Below, piece by piece: positions 20,902 to 29,990 of a DNA stretch of 64,000 bases. Under the pieces are notes generated by a model. That model worked only from the letters and a program-made list of their open reading frames with translations. It was not told the DNA's origin and searched no databases. The stretch comes from Alphaproteobacteria bacterium. GTDB lineage: Bacteria > Pseudomonadota > Alphaproteobacteria > UBA828. Numbering within the stretch: the stretch's first letter is position 1; each line of letters starts with the position of its first letter. The translations under genes were made by a program, and so were the position numbers. The stretch covers positions 1 through 64,000 of the forward strand of contig CBDEFM010000002.1 of NCBI GenBank assembly GCA_965237415.1, given 5' to 3'.

Positions 20902-21339
20902 ATGTCCGACTTCCATGTGAGCGTCGGCGAGCAGGTGACGTTTTCCAAGACCGTTGGCGAAAGCGACATTTACCTGTTCGCGGGCATCACCGGCGATTTG
21001 AACGGACTTCACGTGAACGAGCAGTACATGTCGACGTCAGCCTATGGGCACCGCATCGCTCACGGCGCCCTGCTGGTCGGCTTCATGTCGACCACGTCGA
21101 CCATGATGATCGCCCGCTGCGCCGAGCGGGAAAGCGACGAAACCCCCGTCTCGCTCGGTTACGACCGCATCCGCTTCACCGCCCCGGTCTATATCAACGA
21201 CACGGTGAGCGTGACCTACACGGTAGCCCAGATCGACGAGACGCGCCGCCGCGCATTGTCCGATATCGAAGTCGTCAACCAGCGGGGCGAGACCGTGGCC
21301 GTGGCGCAGCACATCATCAAGTGGGTGCCGCACGCGTAA
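20902..21339 (+). CDS. MaoC family dehydratase
   Basis: FAGITGDLN.LH, RIAHGAL, RFTAPV. Confidence 0.85.
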   Translation: MSDFHVSVGEQVTFSKTVGESDIYLFAGITGDLNGLHVNEQYMSTSAYGHRIAHGALLVGFMSTTSTMMIARCAERESDETPVSLGYDRIRFTAPVYINDTVSVTYTVAQIDETRRRALSDIEVVNQRGETVAVAQHIIKWVPHA

Positions 21340-21461
21340 ACGAGCGGCGGGCGGGAAGGGGACGGCGAAATCCCGCCGGTCTTGCCGATTGGCAACCCTT
21401 CCGATCGACGCGCTGCGCGATAGACTGCCATTTCGGCGAGCGATTCCAGGGAGACTGAGCC

Positions 21462-21746
21462 ATGGCGCGTGCACTCTGGCAGGGGCAGGTCATCGCTGAG
21501 TCCGACCGTTACGAAACTGTCGAGGGCAACGTCTATTTCCCGCCAGGTACCGTGAACCTGGCGTTCCTCACGCGGGGCCCAACGACCACCGTTTGCGGCT
21601 GGAAAGGCACGGCTCACTATTATTCGATCGAGGTCGAAGGCGCGCGCAATGCGGATGCCGCGTGGTATTACCCCGACCCGAAGCCTGCGGCCGAAAACAT
21701 CCGGGACCACGTCGCTTTCTGGCGGGGAGTCACCGTTGGGACCTGA
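21462..21746 (+). CDS. DUF427 protein
   Basis: VIAES..VEGNVYFP, CGWKG.A.YY, AAWYYP, HVAFW. Confidence 0.85.
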   Translation: MARALWQGQVIAESDRYETVEGNVYFPPGTVNLAFLTRGPTTTVCGWKGTAHYYSIEVEGARNADAAWYYPDPKPAAENIRDHVAFWRGVTVGT

Positions 21747-21816
21747 GCCCGGAGCGCTATCCGGCCGCGCACGCGGTCTCGCACCCCGAGGTGCGCAATA
21801 GAATGCAGGAGTTCCG

Positions 21817-23106
21817 ATGCCTCGATACCTGAAGACCGGCATCAGCGATGCCGAGGCCGCGGAGGCGGACGCGAAGGTCCGCCGCGTCGTGGAAGACGCG
21901 TTGGACGATATCGCGCGCCGGGGCGACGCCGCCGTGCGCGAGATGTCGATCAAGTTCGATCGCTGGGAGCGCGAGGACTTTCGGCTCGGCGAGGACGAGA
22001 TCGAGGCCTGCCTCGGCGCTCTCACCGGGCAGGACAGGGACGATATCCTGTTCGCACAGGAGCAAATTCGGAACTTCGCGCAAATCCAACGCGATGCGCT
22101 TCAGGACGTCGAGGTCGAGACTCTGCCGGGCGTGGTGCTGGGCCACAAGAACATCCCGGTCAACGCGGTCGGCTGCTACGTGCCGGGCGGAAAGTATCCG
22201 CTGCTGGCGTCCGCCCACATGTCGGTGGTGACGGCGAAGGTGGCGGGCGTCGCGCGCATCGCGACCTGCGCGCCGCCCTTCGAGGGCAGACCCGCGCCCG
22301 CCATCGTCGCCGCGCAACATCTCGCGGGCGCCGACGAGATCTACGTGCTGGGCGGCATTCAGGCGGTGGGCGCGATGGCTTTGGGTACCGGAAGCATCGC
22401 ACCGGTCGACATGCTGGTCGGCCCCGGCAACGCCTTCGTGGCGGAGGCCAAGCGCCAGCTTTTCGGCCGCGTCGGCATCGACCTGCTGGCCGGGCCCACC
22501 GAAACTCTGGTGATCGCCGACGAGACCGTGGACGGCGAGCTCTGCGCCGCCGACCTGCTCGGCCAGGCCGAGCACGGGCCGACCTCGCCGGCGACCCTGC
22601 TGACCAACTCCGAGAGCCTCGCCCGGCAGACGATGGCCGAGGTCGACCGCCAGCTCGGCATCCTGCCGACCGCGGAGATCGCGGGGCAGGCCTGGCGCGA
22701 CTACGGCCAGGTGATCGTCTGCGACACCCTCGACGAGATGGTGGCCGTTGCGGACGAGATCGCCGCCGAGCACGTGCAGGTGATGACCGAAGACCCCGAC
22801 TGGTTCCTCGAGCGCATGACCAACTACGGCGCGCTCTTCCTCGGGCCCCGCACCAACGTTTCCTACGGCGACAAGGTGATCGGCACCAACCACACGCTGC
22901 CGACACGCAAGGCCGCGCGCTACACCGGCGGTCTCTGGGTCGGCATGTTCCTCAAGACCTGCACCTACCAGCGGGTGCTGACCGACGAGGCGTCTGCCAT
23001 GGTTGGCGAATACTGCTCCAGGCTCTGTGCGCTGGAGGGTTTCGCCGGGCACAAGGAGCAGGCCGACATCCGCGTGCGCCGCTACGGCGGGCGGAATCTT
23101 GCCTGA
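21817..23106 (+). CDS. hpsN: HisD-like dehydrogenase, probably sulfopropanediol 3-dehydrogenase HpsN
   Basis: [33 protein letters not shown]; HpsN-type rather than canonical HisD; followed by an SDR. Confidence 0.7.
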   Translation: MPRYLKTGISDAEAAEADAKVRRVVEDALDDIARRGDAAVREMSIKFDRWEREDFRLGEDEIEACLGALTGQDRDDILFAQEQIRNFAQIQRDALQDVEVETLPGVVLGHKNIPVNAVGCYVPGGKYPLLASAHMSVVTAKVAGVARIATCAPPFEGRPAPAIVAAQHLAGADEIYVLGGIQAVGAMALGTGSIAPVDMLVGPGNAFVAEAKRQLFGRVGIDLLAGPTETLVIADETVDGELCAADLLGQAEHGPTSPATLLTNSESLARQTMAEVDRQLGILPTAEIAGQAWRDYGQVIVCDTLDEMVAVADEIAAEHVQVMTEDPDWFLERMTNYGALFLGPRTNVSYGDKVIGTNHTLPTRKAARYTGGLWVGMFLKTCTYQRVLTDEASAMVGEYCSRLCALEGFAGHKEQADIRVRRYGGRNLA

Positions 23107-23884
23107 TCTCCCCGTCGAGGACGCGCTGCCCAAGACGCCCTCCTTCCGTCTCGACGGCAAGCGGGCGCTCGTCACCGGCGCGAGTCGCGGCCTTGGTCGT
23201 GCTTCTGCAGCTGCGCTCGCGGAGGCGGGTGCCCACGTGGTGCTCGCGGCGCGGGGACGCGGGGCCCTGGCGCAGGTCGCGAGTGAAATCGAGGCGGCAG
23301 GCGGCGCTGCGGCGATCCTCCCTCTCGACGTCGCCGATGTGGAACGAGCCGCAGCGGCCCTCGCGGAACTCGGACCGGTCGATATCCTCATCAATAATGC
23401 CGGCGGCAACCGTCCCGCTGCGTTGTTGGACGTGACGGTGGAGGACTTCGATGCTGTCATGGGCATCAACGTGCGCGGTGCCTATTTCTGCGCCCAGGCG
23501 GTCGCACGGGAGATGGTCGCGGCAAAGAGGGGCGGCGTCATCATCAACATGTCCTCGCAAATGGGCCACGTCGGCGGGCCCAGGCGCACGGTCTACTGCA
23601 CCACCAAGCACGCGATCGAAGGCATGACCAAGGCGATGGCGATGGATCTTGCGCCGTATAACATCCGGGTCAACGCAATTGGTCCGACCTTTATTTCCAC
23701 GCCGATGACCGTGCCGTTTCTCGAAGATCCTGCCTTCAAAGACGACACGCTGAGCCGGATCGCGCTCGGCCGCCTCGGCGAACTTCCCGACGTGATGGGC
23801 GCCATTGTTTTTCTTGCAAGCGACGCAGCCAGCCTGATCACGGGTGCAAGCCTGTTGATCGATGGCGGGTGGACAGCGCAATAG
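23099..23884 (+). CDS. Short-chain dehydrogenase (HpsO-like)
   Basis: [38 protein letters not shown]; overlaps the hpsN stop. Confidence 0.8.
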   Translation: MPDLPVEDALPKTPSFRLDGKRALVTGASRGLGRASAAALAEAGAHVVLAARGRGALAQVASEIEAAGGAAAILPLDVADVERAAAALAELGPVDILINNAGGNRPAALLDVTVEDFDAVMGINVRGAYFCAQAVAREMVAAKRGGVIINMSSQMGHVGGPRRTVYCTTKHAIEGMTKAMAMDLAPYNIRVNAIGPTFISTPMTVPFLEDPAFKDDTLSRIALGRLGELPDVMGAIVFLASDAASLITGASLLIDGGWTAQ

Positions 23885-24121
23885 CGGCACATCAGAAGGC
23901 ATTTTCCCTGCATCACTCAGTAGGAATATCACTAGTGAGACGAAGGAATCGCCGCGTCGAAATCGTCATCTTTCTCACAGTTTCACGCCCGCAGAATATA
24001 CCCCCAAAATTGATTGGTATGCCTATAATGCGTATCGATACATCTGCTGATTTCATTCAGCGATAAGTCTGCTATATGGCGGTAAGTTCAGGAAATTCAC
24101 GCATTCGATGGAGGTGAGATC

Positions 24122-24412
24122 ATGGCGGGACGATCTGCGTCCAAGATCGACGAGAGCACGTTAACCAGGGGTCAACGCCGCAAACTCGACACACTGCGCA
24201 AGTCTGTGGGCGACGAGATCGGTGAGCGCGCGTTCGCTGCGTGGCTCTCCACGCAACCGAAGCAGGAGGTGGTAGAGGAGGACCACGCCGCCGCGCTCAT
24301 CGTCGACATGCTCTGGCCCCTCGTCCGGGAAGGCACGCTGGCGATCCCGCGGGGTGGCTATCTGCTTCGTCGCGGGCGTAACCGGCTCGTTTGCGAGCCT
24401 GCAACCAAGTAA
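24122..24412 (+). CDS. Hypothetical protein (96 aa)
   Basis: Strong RBS GGAGGTGA before ATG; globular-looking sequence. Confidence 0.6.
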   Translation: MAGRSASKIDESTLTRGQRRKLDTLRKSVGDEIGERAFAAWLSTQPKQEVVEEDHAAALIVDMLWPLVREGTLAIPRGGYLLRRGRNRLVCEPATK

Positions 24413-24815
24413 AGATGCGTCGCTTGCGCCGCCCGGTATTCGGGAGGTGTTGGGCGATTAGGATGAGGCCGGGGCGGGAGTGTCTCCGCCTTATTGATTG
24501 GGAAGTTGCGATGCACGTGGCCTAACGTGCGTGCTCATGGCTAATCCAAATCCAGCTCTTCAGTTCTAGGAGAGGAGACGGGTCGAGAGGCGGATAGCTA
24601 AGCCGCAGCGGTCAGAAATCGCCCCGGACCATGGTGCGGTGCACAGGGGGTTCGGCGCAGGGCATTGTCCGCGCCATGAATGCTCTGACCGCTGCATCGC
24701 CTCCCTACCACGGGACCCAGACCCCACGCGCCACCGGGGCAATCCGGGGCGCGCCTCATCAATTCCACACGCAAAGGAGCGCGCTCCTTCGATTCCGCAC
24801 GCGAGGGGTCGCGTG

Positions 24816-25982
24816 ATGAGCGCGCTCGACGGCTGGATCGACGTCTGCCGCGCCGGCACTTGGCGCGACATGGCGGGCCGGGACGTTGCCATCGACGAGG
24901 CCCGGCTCGACCGGATCGTCGACGCGCACGCCGTCGCCGACCCCGCGCCCGTGGTCGTGGGCCATCCTGAGACGGACGCCCCGGCCTTCGCCTGGATCGA
25001 CGGGCTCCGCCGCGTCGGCGACCGGCTGCAGGCGAAGCTCCGCGATATCGCGCCGGCCTTCCGCGAGGCGGTCGAGGCCGGGCGCTACGCCGGCCGCTCG
25101 ATCGCGCTGCAGGGCGACACGCTGCGCCACGTGGGATTCCTGGGCGGCCGAGCACCGGCGGTGTCGGGGCTTGTGCCGACCCGCTTCGCGTCCGCGCCCG
25201 AGACGGTGGTCGCATTTACTGACGATGCTGGGGCGGTGTCCCCGGACGACTCACCCTCAGATCATCCCGACTCTCTCCGCGCCCTGGGGCCGGGAGGGGA
25301 CGAAGACGGCGACAGCCTCGTCCCGCTCTCCGCGCTTCAGGGGCGGGGAGAGGCCGGAGAGGAAGACGGCGTCCCTGAAGCCATCGATGAAGTGGGAGGC
25401 AAGGTGGGCCGGCCTGCGAAGCAGCCCGGAGCCTGCGACCGGCGACTGAGGGACACGAACGAACACGAAGCCTCGCTCACGGCGCGGGAAGCGGCGCTGC
25501 TCGCGCGGGAGGCCGCGGCCGCGGCCGACGACCGCCGGCGGGCTGCGGACGCGGCGATTGCGCCCCATGTCGAAGCGGGTCGCATCCTGCCGGCGGAGCG
25601 GCCGGCGCTGACCGCGCTGCTCGCCGCCCTCGGGGACGACCAAGGCAACGCCGACGAGGGCGCCGCAGGCGAACACGCCACCATCGCTTTCGCGTCGGCG
25701 TCGGGCGGCGATGTGCGGATGCGGCCCGCCGCCATTCTGGAACGGTTCATCGAGGGCCTGCCCAGGCGCGTGGACTACCGGACGCTCGCGGGCGGCTCGG
25801 TACCCGGCGCATCGGCCCTCGCGGGCACTCATGACGTTGCGGGTGAGGACAGCGAGCGGATCGCTGCCGAGGCCCGCGCGTTGATGGCGGCGGAGGCGGG
25901 GAAGGGCATGACCCTCACGCCCGCCGAGGCCGTCGACCGGGCGCGCGCCAAGCGCGGACTCGGCATCGGAGGAGGAGAATAA
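24816..25982 (+). CDS. Mu/B3-like prohead protease-scaffold protein (gpI-like)
   Basis: RAGTW.D..G, AP.VVGHP.TDAPAFAWI, GRY..RSI, LRHVGFLG..APAV.GL; C-terminal scaffold G.ILPA; precedes cement and capsid genes. Confidence 0.85.
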   Translation: MSALDGWIDVCRAGTWRDMAGRDVAIDEARLDRIVDAHAVADPAPVVVGHPETDAPAFAWIDGLRRVGDRLQAKLRDIAPAFREAVEAGRYAGRSIALQGDTLRHVGFLGGRAPAVSGLVPTRFASAPETVVAFTDDAGAVSPDDSPSDHPDSLRALGPGGDEDGDSLVPLSALQGRGEAGEEDGVPEAIDEVGGKVGRPAKQPGACDRRLRDTNEHEASLTAREAALLAREAAAAADDRRRAADAAIAPHVEAGRILPAERPALTALLAALGDDQGNADEGAAGEHATIAFASASGGDVRMRPAAILERFIEGLPRRVDYRTLAGGSVPGASALAGTHDVAGEDSERIAAEARALMAAEAGKGMTLTPAEAVDRARAKRGLGIGGGE

Positions 25983-25984
25983 TA

Positions 25985-26341
25985 ATGAGTCATGTGTTGA
26001 TGTGGCGGGCGGCGGACGCCGGCGGTGCCGTCGCCCCCTACAGAATCGTCAAGTTCGGTGACGCCGACGGCAAGGTTGTGCAGTCCGCCGCGGCGGCAGA
26101 CGCCCATGTCGGGGTCTCCGGCCGGGCGTCGGCGGAATCGGGCGCGCGTGTCGAGTTCGCCCGCGCCGGCATCGCAGACATCGAATACGGCGGCAACGTC
26201 GCGCGGGGCGCTCTGCTCACGGCCGATGCCGATGGCAAGGCGGTAACCGCCGCCGACGGCAATCGCGTCATCGGCGTGGCCGAGGTTTCCGGCGCCGCAG
26301 GCGACATCGGCCAGGTGCTGCTCGCGCCCGGCCTTCACTAA
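25985..26341 (+). CDS. Capsid cement/decoration protein (DUF2190-like)
   Basis: PYRIVKFG, G.V.RG.LLTADADGKAV, IG.A..SGAAGDI. Confidence 0.8.
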   Translation: MSHVLMWRAADAGGAVAPYRIVKFGDADGKVVQSAAAADAHVGVSGRASAESGARVEFARAGIADIEYGGNVARGALLTADADGKAVTAADGNRVIGVAEVSGAAGDIGQVLLAPGLH

Positions 26342-26351
26342 GGGAAACACC

Positions 26352-27326
26352 ATGGATCACCAAACCGCCCAACTCGCTTCGGGACCCTACGAGGTCCAGA
26401 CCCGGCTCACGCAGATCGCGCAGGCGGCGATGCCGACTGGCCTCATCGCCGACGAGGTCTGCCCGCGCGTCCGCACCGGGTACAAATTCACTTACACGAC
26501 GCTCACCGAAGAGGACCTGCTCACCATCCCGGACGTGCGCGCGAGCCGTGCCGGGCGCCTCAACCAGGTCGAATTCGGCGCCACGGACACCACCGCGAGC
26601 GTCGTCGATTACGGCCTCGAGGACCCGGTTCCCTCGCGCGACATCGAAGAGGCGCGGGCGCAGGAGGTCGCGTACGAACCGCTGGAACAGGCCGCGATCT
26701 CGACCGCGGAACTGGTGAAGCTCGCCCGTGAGCGGCGCGTCGCCGACCTGGTGACGACCGCATCCAACTACGCGGCCGGTCACTCCGCCACGCTCAACGG
26801 CAATTCGCAGTGGAACCACGCCAGCTCGAACCCGCGCAAGGCGATCCTGGAGGCCCTCGACGTGCCGCTGGTGCGCCCCAACACGCTGGTGTTCGGCCAG
26901 AAGGTATGGACCGCCTTACGCCAGCACCCGAAGATCGTGGAAGCGGTGGCCGCCACCGGTGCCGGCGATCAGGCCTCCGGCATCGTGATGAAGGAGGCGG
27001 TGGCCGAACTTTTCGAGGTCGACAGCGTGCTGGTGGGCATGGCCTGGTACCAGTCGGCCAAGCGCGGCCAAGCCGACGCCTTCGCCCGCCTCTGGGGCAA
27101 GCACGCATGCGCCATCCACGTGCGGCGCGACATGGCGTCTGCCCGCGACCGGATGCCCAAGTTCTGCTGGACCGCCGACGCTCTTGGCGGACTGCAGGTC
27201 GGTACCTATGAGGAGCCGGCGCGCGGCGTCAATCGGGGCTCGACCGTCGTCAAGGTCAGCGAGTGCGTCAAGGAGCTGGTGGCCTACGGCCGCGCCGGCT
27301 ACCTCTGGCGCGACGCGGTGGCGTAG
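26352..27326 (+). CDS. Major capsid protein (Mu/B3/BcepMu-like, HK97 fold expected)
   Basis: LT.IA, LIADEVCPRV, DYGLE.PVP, L.RE.RVA, RPN.LV.G..VW.ALR.HP, C-terminal GYL..DAV. Confidence 0.85.
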   Translation: MDHQTAQLASGPYEVQTRLTQIAQAAMPTGLIADEVCPRVRTGYKFTYTTLTEEDLLTIPDVRASRAGRLNQVEFGATDTTASVVDYGLEDPVPSRDIEEARAQEVAYEPLEQAAISTAELVKLARERRVADLVTTASNYAAGHSATLNGNSQWNHASSNPRKAILEALDVPLVRPNTLVFGQKVWTALRQHPKIVEAVAATGAGDQASGIVMKEAVAELFEVDSVLVGMAWYQSAKRGQADAFARLWGKHACAIHVRRDMASARDRMPKFCWTADALGGLQVGTYEEPARGVNRGSTVVKVSECVKELVAYGRAGYLWRDAVA

Positions 27327-27329
27327 CCC

Positions 27330-28393
27330 ATGGCGTCAAGATTTGCCGCGCGCCTTCCGGCGCGACGCCCTTCCGCGCCCCTACCGGCGGGTCATCATTC
27401 CGCGCGCCTTCCGGCGCGACCTCCCGACCCCCTGTGCGGCCTCGGCTATTCGCCGTCCGACCCGCGCCAAAGCGACGCAGAAGGAAAGGTCTGCCGGCAC
27501 GCCGAGCGCCTGCTGAACATGGTCCACGCCTACTGCGAGATACGGGATTCGTGGACCGGATGGCTGCGCGGCTCCGCCATGGGCCGCACCCTCCACGAGC
27601 GGATCGTGCCCGAGATGCGCGCGCTCCGCGACGCGGAACGGCGGATCGTCGACCAACCCTCCGTGACCCTGCTCGCCGTGCTCGACTACGCCGTCCGCGC
27701 GCGGCAGGCGGTGCCGGCCTACACGCCTCTCGCCACGATCGACTATCCGCAGCCGCCCATGCCGGACTCGGCGCGCGAGGCGTGCGAGCGACTGGCGGCC
27801 GAGGCTGCAGACGCCGCGCTCGCCGCTCGCCGGGCTGGCGCCCAGGAGTATGCCGCGCGCATGGCCTACGCGATCGAGCGCGAGCGCGAGGAGGAAGCCC
27901 GGCGGCGACGCGCCATGAAGGAGGCGGGCGTGACTGAGACGCCCGCCGAGGCCGAGGCCGCAGCCGTCCGCGTCGACGCGCGAATCGCGGTCTATCAGCG
28001 CGAAATCCGCCGCGTCTACGAGGAAGCCGACCTCGGTCCGGACGGCAAGCCAACGGACGAAGCGGTCGCGCCGGAAGGCGCGCGGGAGCAGGTCGCGCCG
28101 GAAGGCGCGCGGGAACATGTCGCGCCGGAAGGCGCGCGGGAACAGGTCGCGCCTGCGGCCGCCGAACGGTCGCCCGCTGCGGACGGGCTCACCGTCGCCT
28201 GGCAAGTCCACGCGCGGCGGTGGGGCAGAACGATCCTGACACCGACGCCGGAGACCGCGCCGCGCTTCGCAGAGCGGCTGGTGCTGATCGACCGGGGCAA
28301 GCGCGGCGGCACGCTGCGCGCCTACGGTGGGGCCGATCTGAATGACCGCCGCGAGACGGTCAACGGTGTTGCCGTTCGTCTCGTTCGTTGCCG
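27330..28393 (+). CDS. Hypothetical protein downstream of the capsid gene, with in-frame repeats; frame stays open to 28904, true ends uncertain
   Basis: ATG 3 nt after the capsid stop; helical central region; (VAPEGAREQ/H) repeats. Confidence 0.4.
27346..27420 (+). repeat. Three 27-bp-period hairpin repeats CCGCGCGCCTTCCGGCGCGAC+6 nt
   Basis: Units at 27346, 27373 (degenerate), 27400. Confidence 0.9.
28065..28153 (-). repeat. Inverted copy of the same array: GTCGCGCCGGAAGGCGCGCGG+6 nt, 3 units plus a partial
   Basis: Exact units at 28065, 28092, 28119; partial at 28146. Confidence 0.95.
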
Positions 28394-28475
28394 CTCTCTC
28401 ACCGCGCGCCTCCGGCACTCTCTTACCGCGCGCCTTCGGCACTCTCTTACCGCGCGCCTTCGGCACTCTCTTACC
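28394..28475 (+). repeat. 24-bp tandem repeat CTCTCTTACCGCGCGCCTTCGGCA, 3 units plus a partial
   Basis: Units at 28394 (2 mismatches), 28418, 28442; partial 28466-28475. Confidence 0.95.
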
Positions 28476-28981
28476 CGCCACAGGTCCTCGACCCGCCCGA
28501 CAGCCGCCTCGAGCGGCAGGCCCAGGCCGAGCTTCGCCACGATCCCATCCCCGGCCGCGAACATCCGCCCGGACGGGACGAGGATCTGCAACGCCGCGTT
28601 GCCCAACTCCACCTTGAGGACGAACCGGCCGTTCAGGAGCCTGAGCCCCTCGACCCGCGCACCCGCCCCGGCCAGCAGGGGCAGCAGCGGCGTCCGGTCC
28701 GGCCAGGGGTGCGGGTCGGGCTCGCCGACCAGCATCGGGATGCCCGACCAGAAGGGCGAGCGCCACGCCTGCGCCGCGGGGTCCTCCCAGGCCAGGATGT
28801 CCCAGTCATCCGCCGCCAGATCCGCCTCCGTCTGCACCCGAAGCGGAAACGCCGCCGTCTTGAAGCGGGGCGCGCCGGCATGCGCCGTCCACGCCGCGCG
28901 GTAGCCGGGGTCGCGCCGCATCCAGGCCCAGGCATGGGCCCCTCGGACCGTCTCCGGGTCCTTCGCCTTGCCGCGACCCAT
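28476..28981 (-). pseudogene. DUF6499/DUF2285 (FseA-like) activator, C-terminus lost at the 24-bp array
   Basis: AWAWMRRDPGYRAAW (WAWEFLRRNP.Y-like), W....EDP, PFW; no C-terminal HTH. Confidence 0.6.
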
Positions 28982-29007
28982 GGCCGGGGGCCTGACGCCG
29001 GGCGCCT

Positions 29008-29410
29008 GTTACGGTAGGAATGCCGGTTGCCCGGCACCCCCCGTGCGGATCCCCGCCTGCGCGCTAACGCACGGGGCTCCTACCTCGGGCATCCGCTCGG
29101 CCGCCTGTGACACGCGCGCCCGGCTCCGCGTCCGGTACGTGCTTTGGCCTCGCGGATTCCCCTTGGTTCCGGCCTTTCCCTCCGTCGACTCCGCCGGGAC
29201 AGATGCCCCCTTGTTCGCCGCCCTCAACGGTACTATGGCCGAATCCGATTGCTTCAACCCGTTCATCATCGATTCGGACTATCTCCTCTCTTCCGCGGCC
29301 CCGGTACGACGGCCGGGGCGGATTGAAGCCCTCTCAGGTCCCTTGCGTGGACGTACGTACGTGCCTGGGTTCCAGAGACGCCGCGAAGCCCTCGCCCCCT
29401 CACGATTACC
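29008..29410 (-). mobile_element. Group II intron remnant with the RT ORF deleted (partial DI-DIII joined to DV-DVI)
   Basis: Reverse strand DV GGAGCCCCGTGCG..CGCAGGCGGGGATC, DVI GGGGGGTGCCGGGCAACCGGCATTCCTACCGTAAC; IEP-leader-like MMNGLKQSDSAIVP..KG.P..ST.R..SR..VSQA. Confidence 0.8.
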
Positions 29411-29990
29411 AGTCCGCCTCCACCCTCTCCAGACCCCGCAACTCGATCGCGATCCGGCGCGGGCTCTTGCCGCGCAGGTGACCGTCGAGAGGCACAAGCA
29501 ACTCATCGTCAGACACCCTCCGCCGGACTTCTCTTCGGCGACGCCCCGATCGGCCACAGATCCGCCGCTCTGCGAAGCCGCACCTGCAAATCGAGGACCG
29601 TCGGCATTCGAACGTCGACCCCGCCTTCGGGATCGAAGGCGTCGCCGTCCGCGATCCGGATCTGCAAGGCTCTATCGTCCTGCTCGACCTTCAGGATTAC
29701 CGCACCGCCAGCGATCCGAAGCCCCGACAGCCGCGCCTCCGACGATTCGAGAAGCTCCGAAAGCGCCGGACTCTCGGGCGCGGGCATCGCCTTCAGCGTC
29801 GGCGCCTCCGCCCAGAACGGCGAGGCCGGCCCGCCATCTCCGCCGCGACCCGGATCGGCTCCCCATCGGCACCGTGCAGCTCAACGCAGGGCCGCTTTCC
29901 GGTGCCTCCGCACGACCGCATGACGCGGCTGCTGGCCTCGCTCTCGTCATGTACGCCTACCGCCGCGCGAGCGCCCGACGCCTTCCCTCT
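29411..29990 (-). pseudogene. Second, frameshifted DUF2285 (FseA-like) gene
   Basis: ARLSGLRI..GAVILKVE..RALQI parallels the first copy; shifted frame LDGHLRGKSPRRIAIELRGLERVEADW resembles the DUF2285 HTH. Confidence 0.55.

Noticed and set aside
27346-28475. CRISPR array interpretation of the palindromic repeats
   Set aside because: Linkers are 0-6 nt rather than spacer-sized, arrays have only about 3 units, and no cas genes are present.
29411-29990. Programmed +1 frameshift as in FseA
   Set aside because: Several shifts and a stop at scattered positions and no recognisable conserved slippery site; looks like decay.
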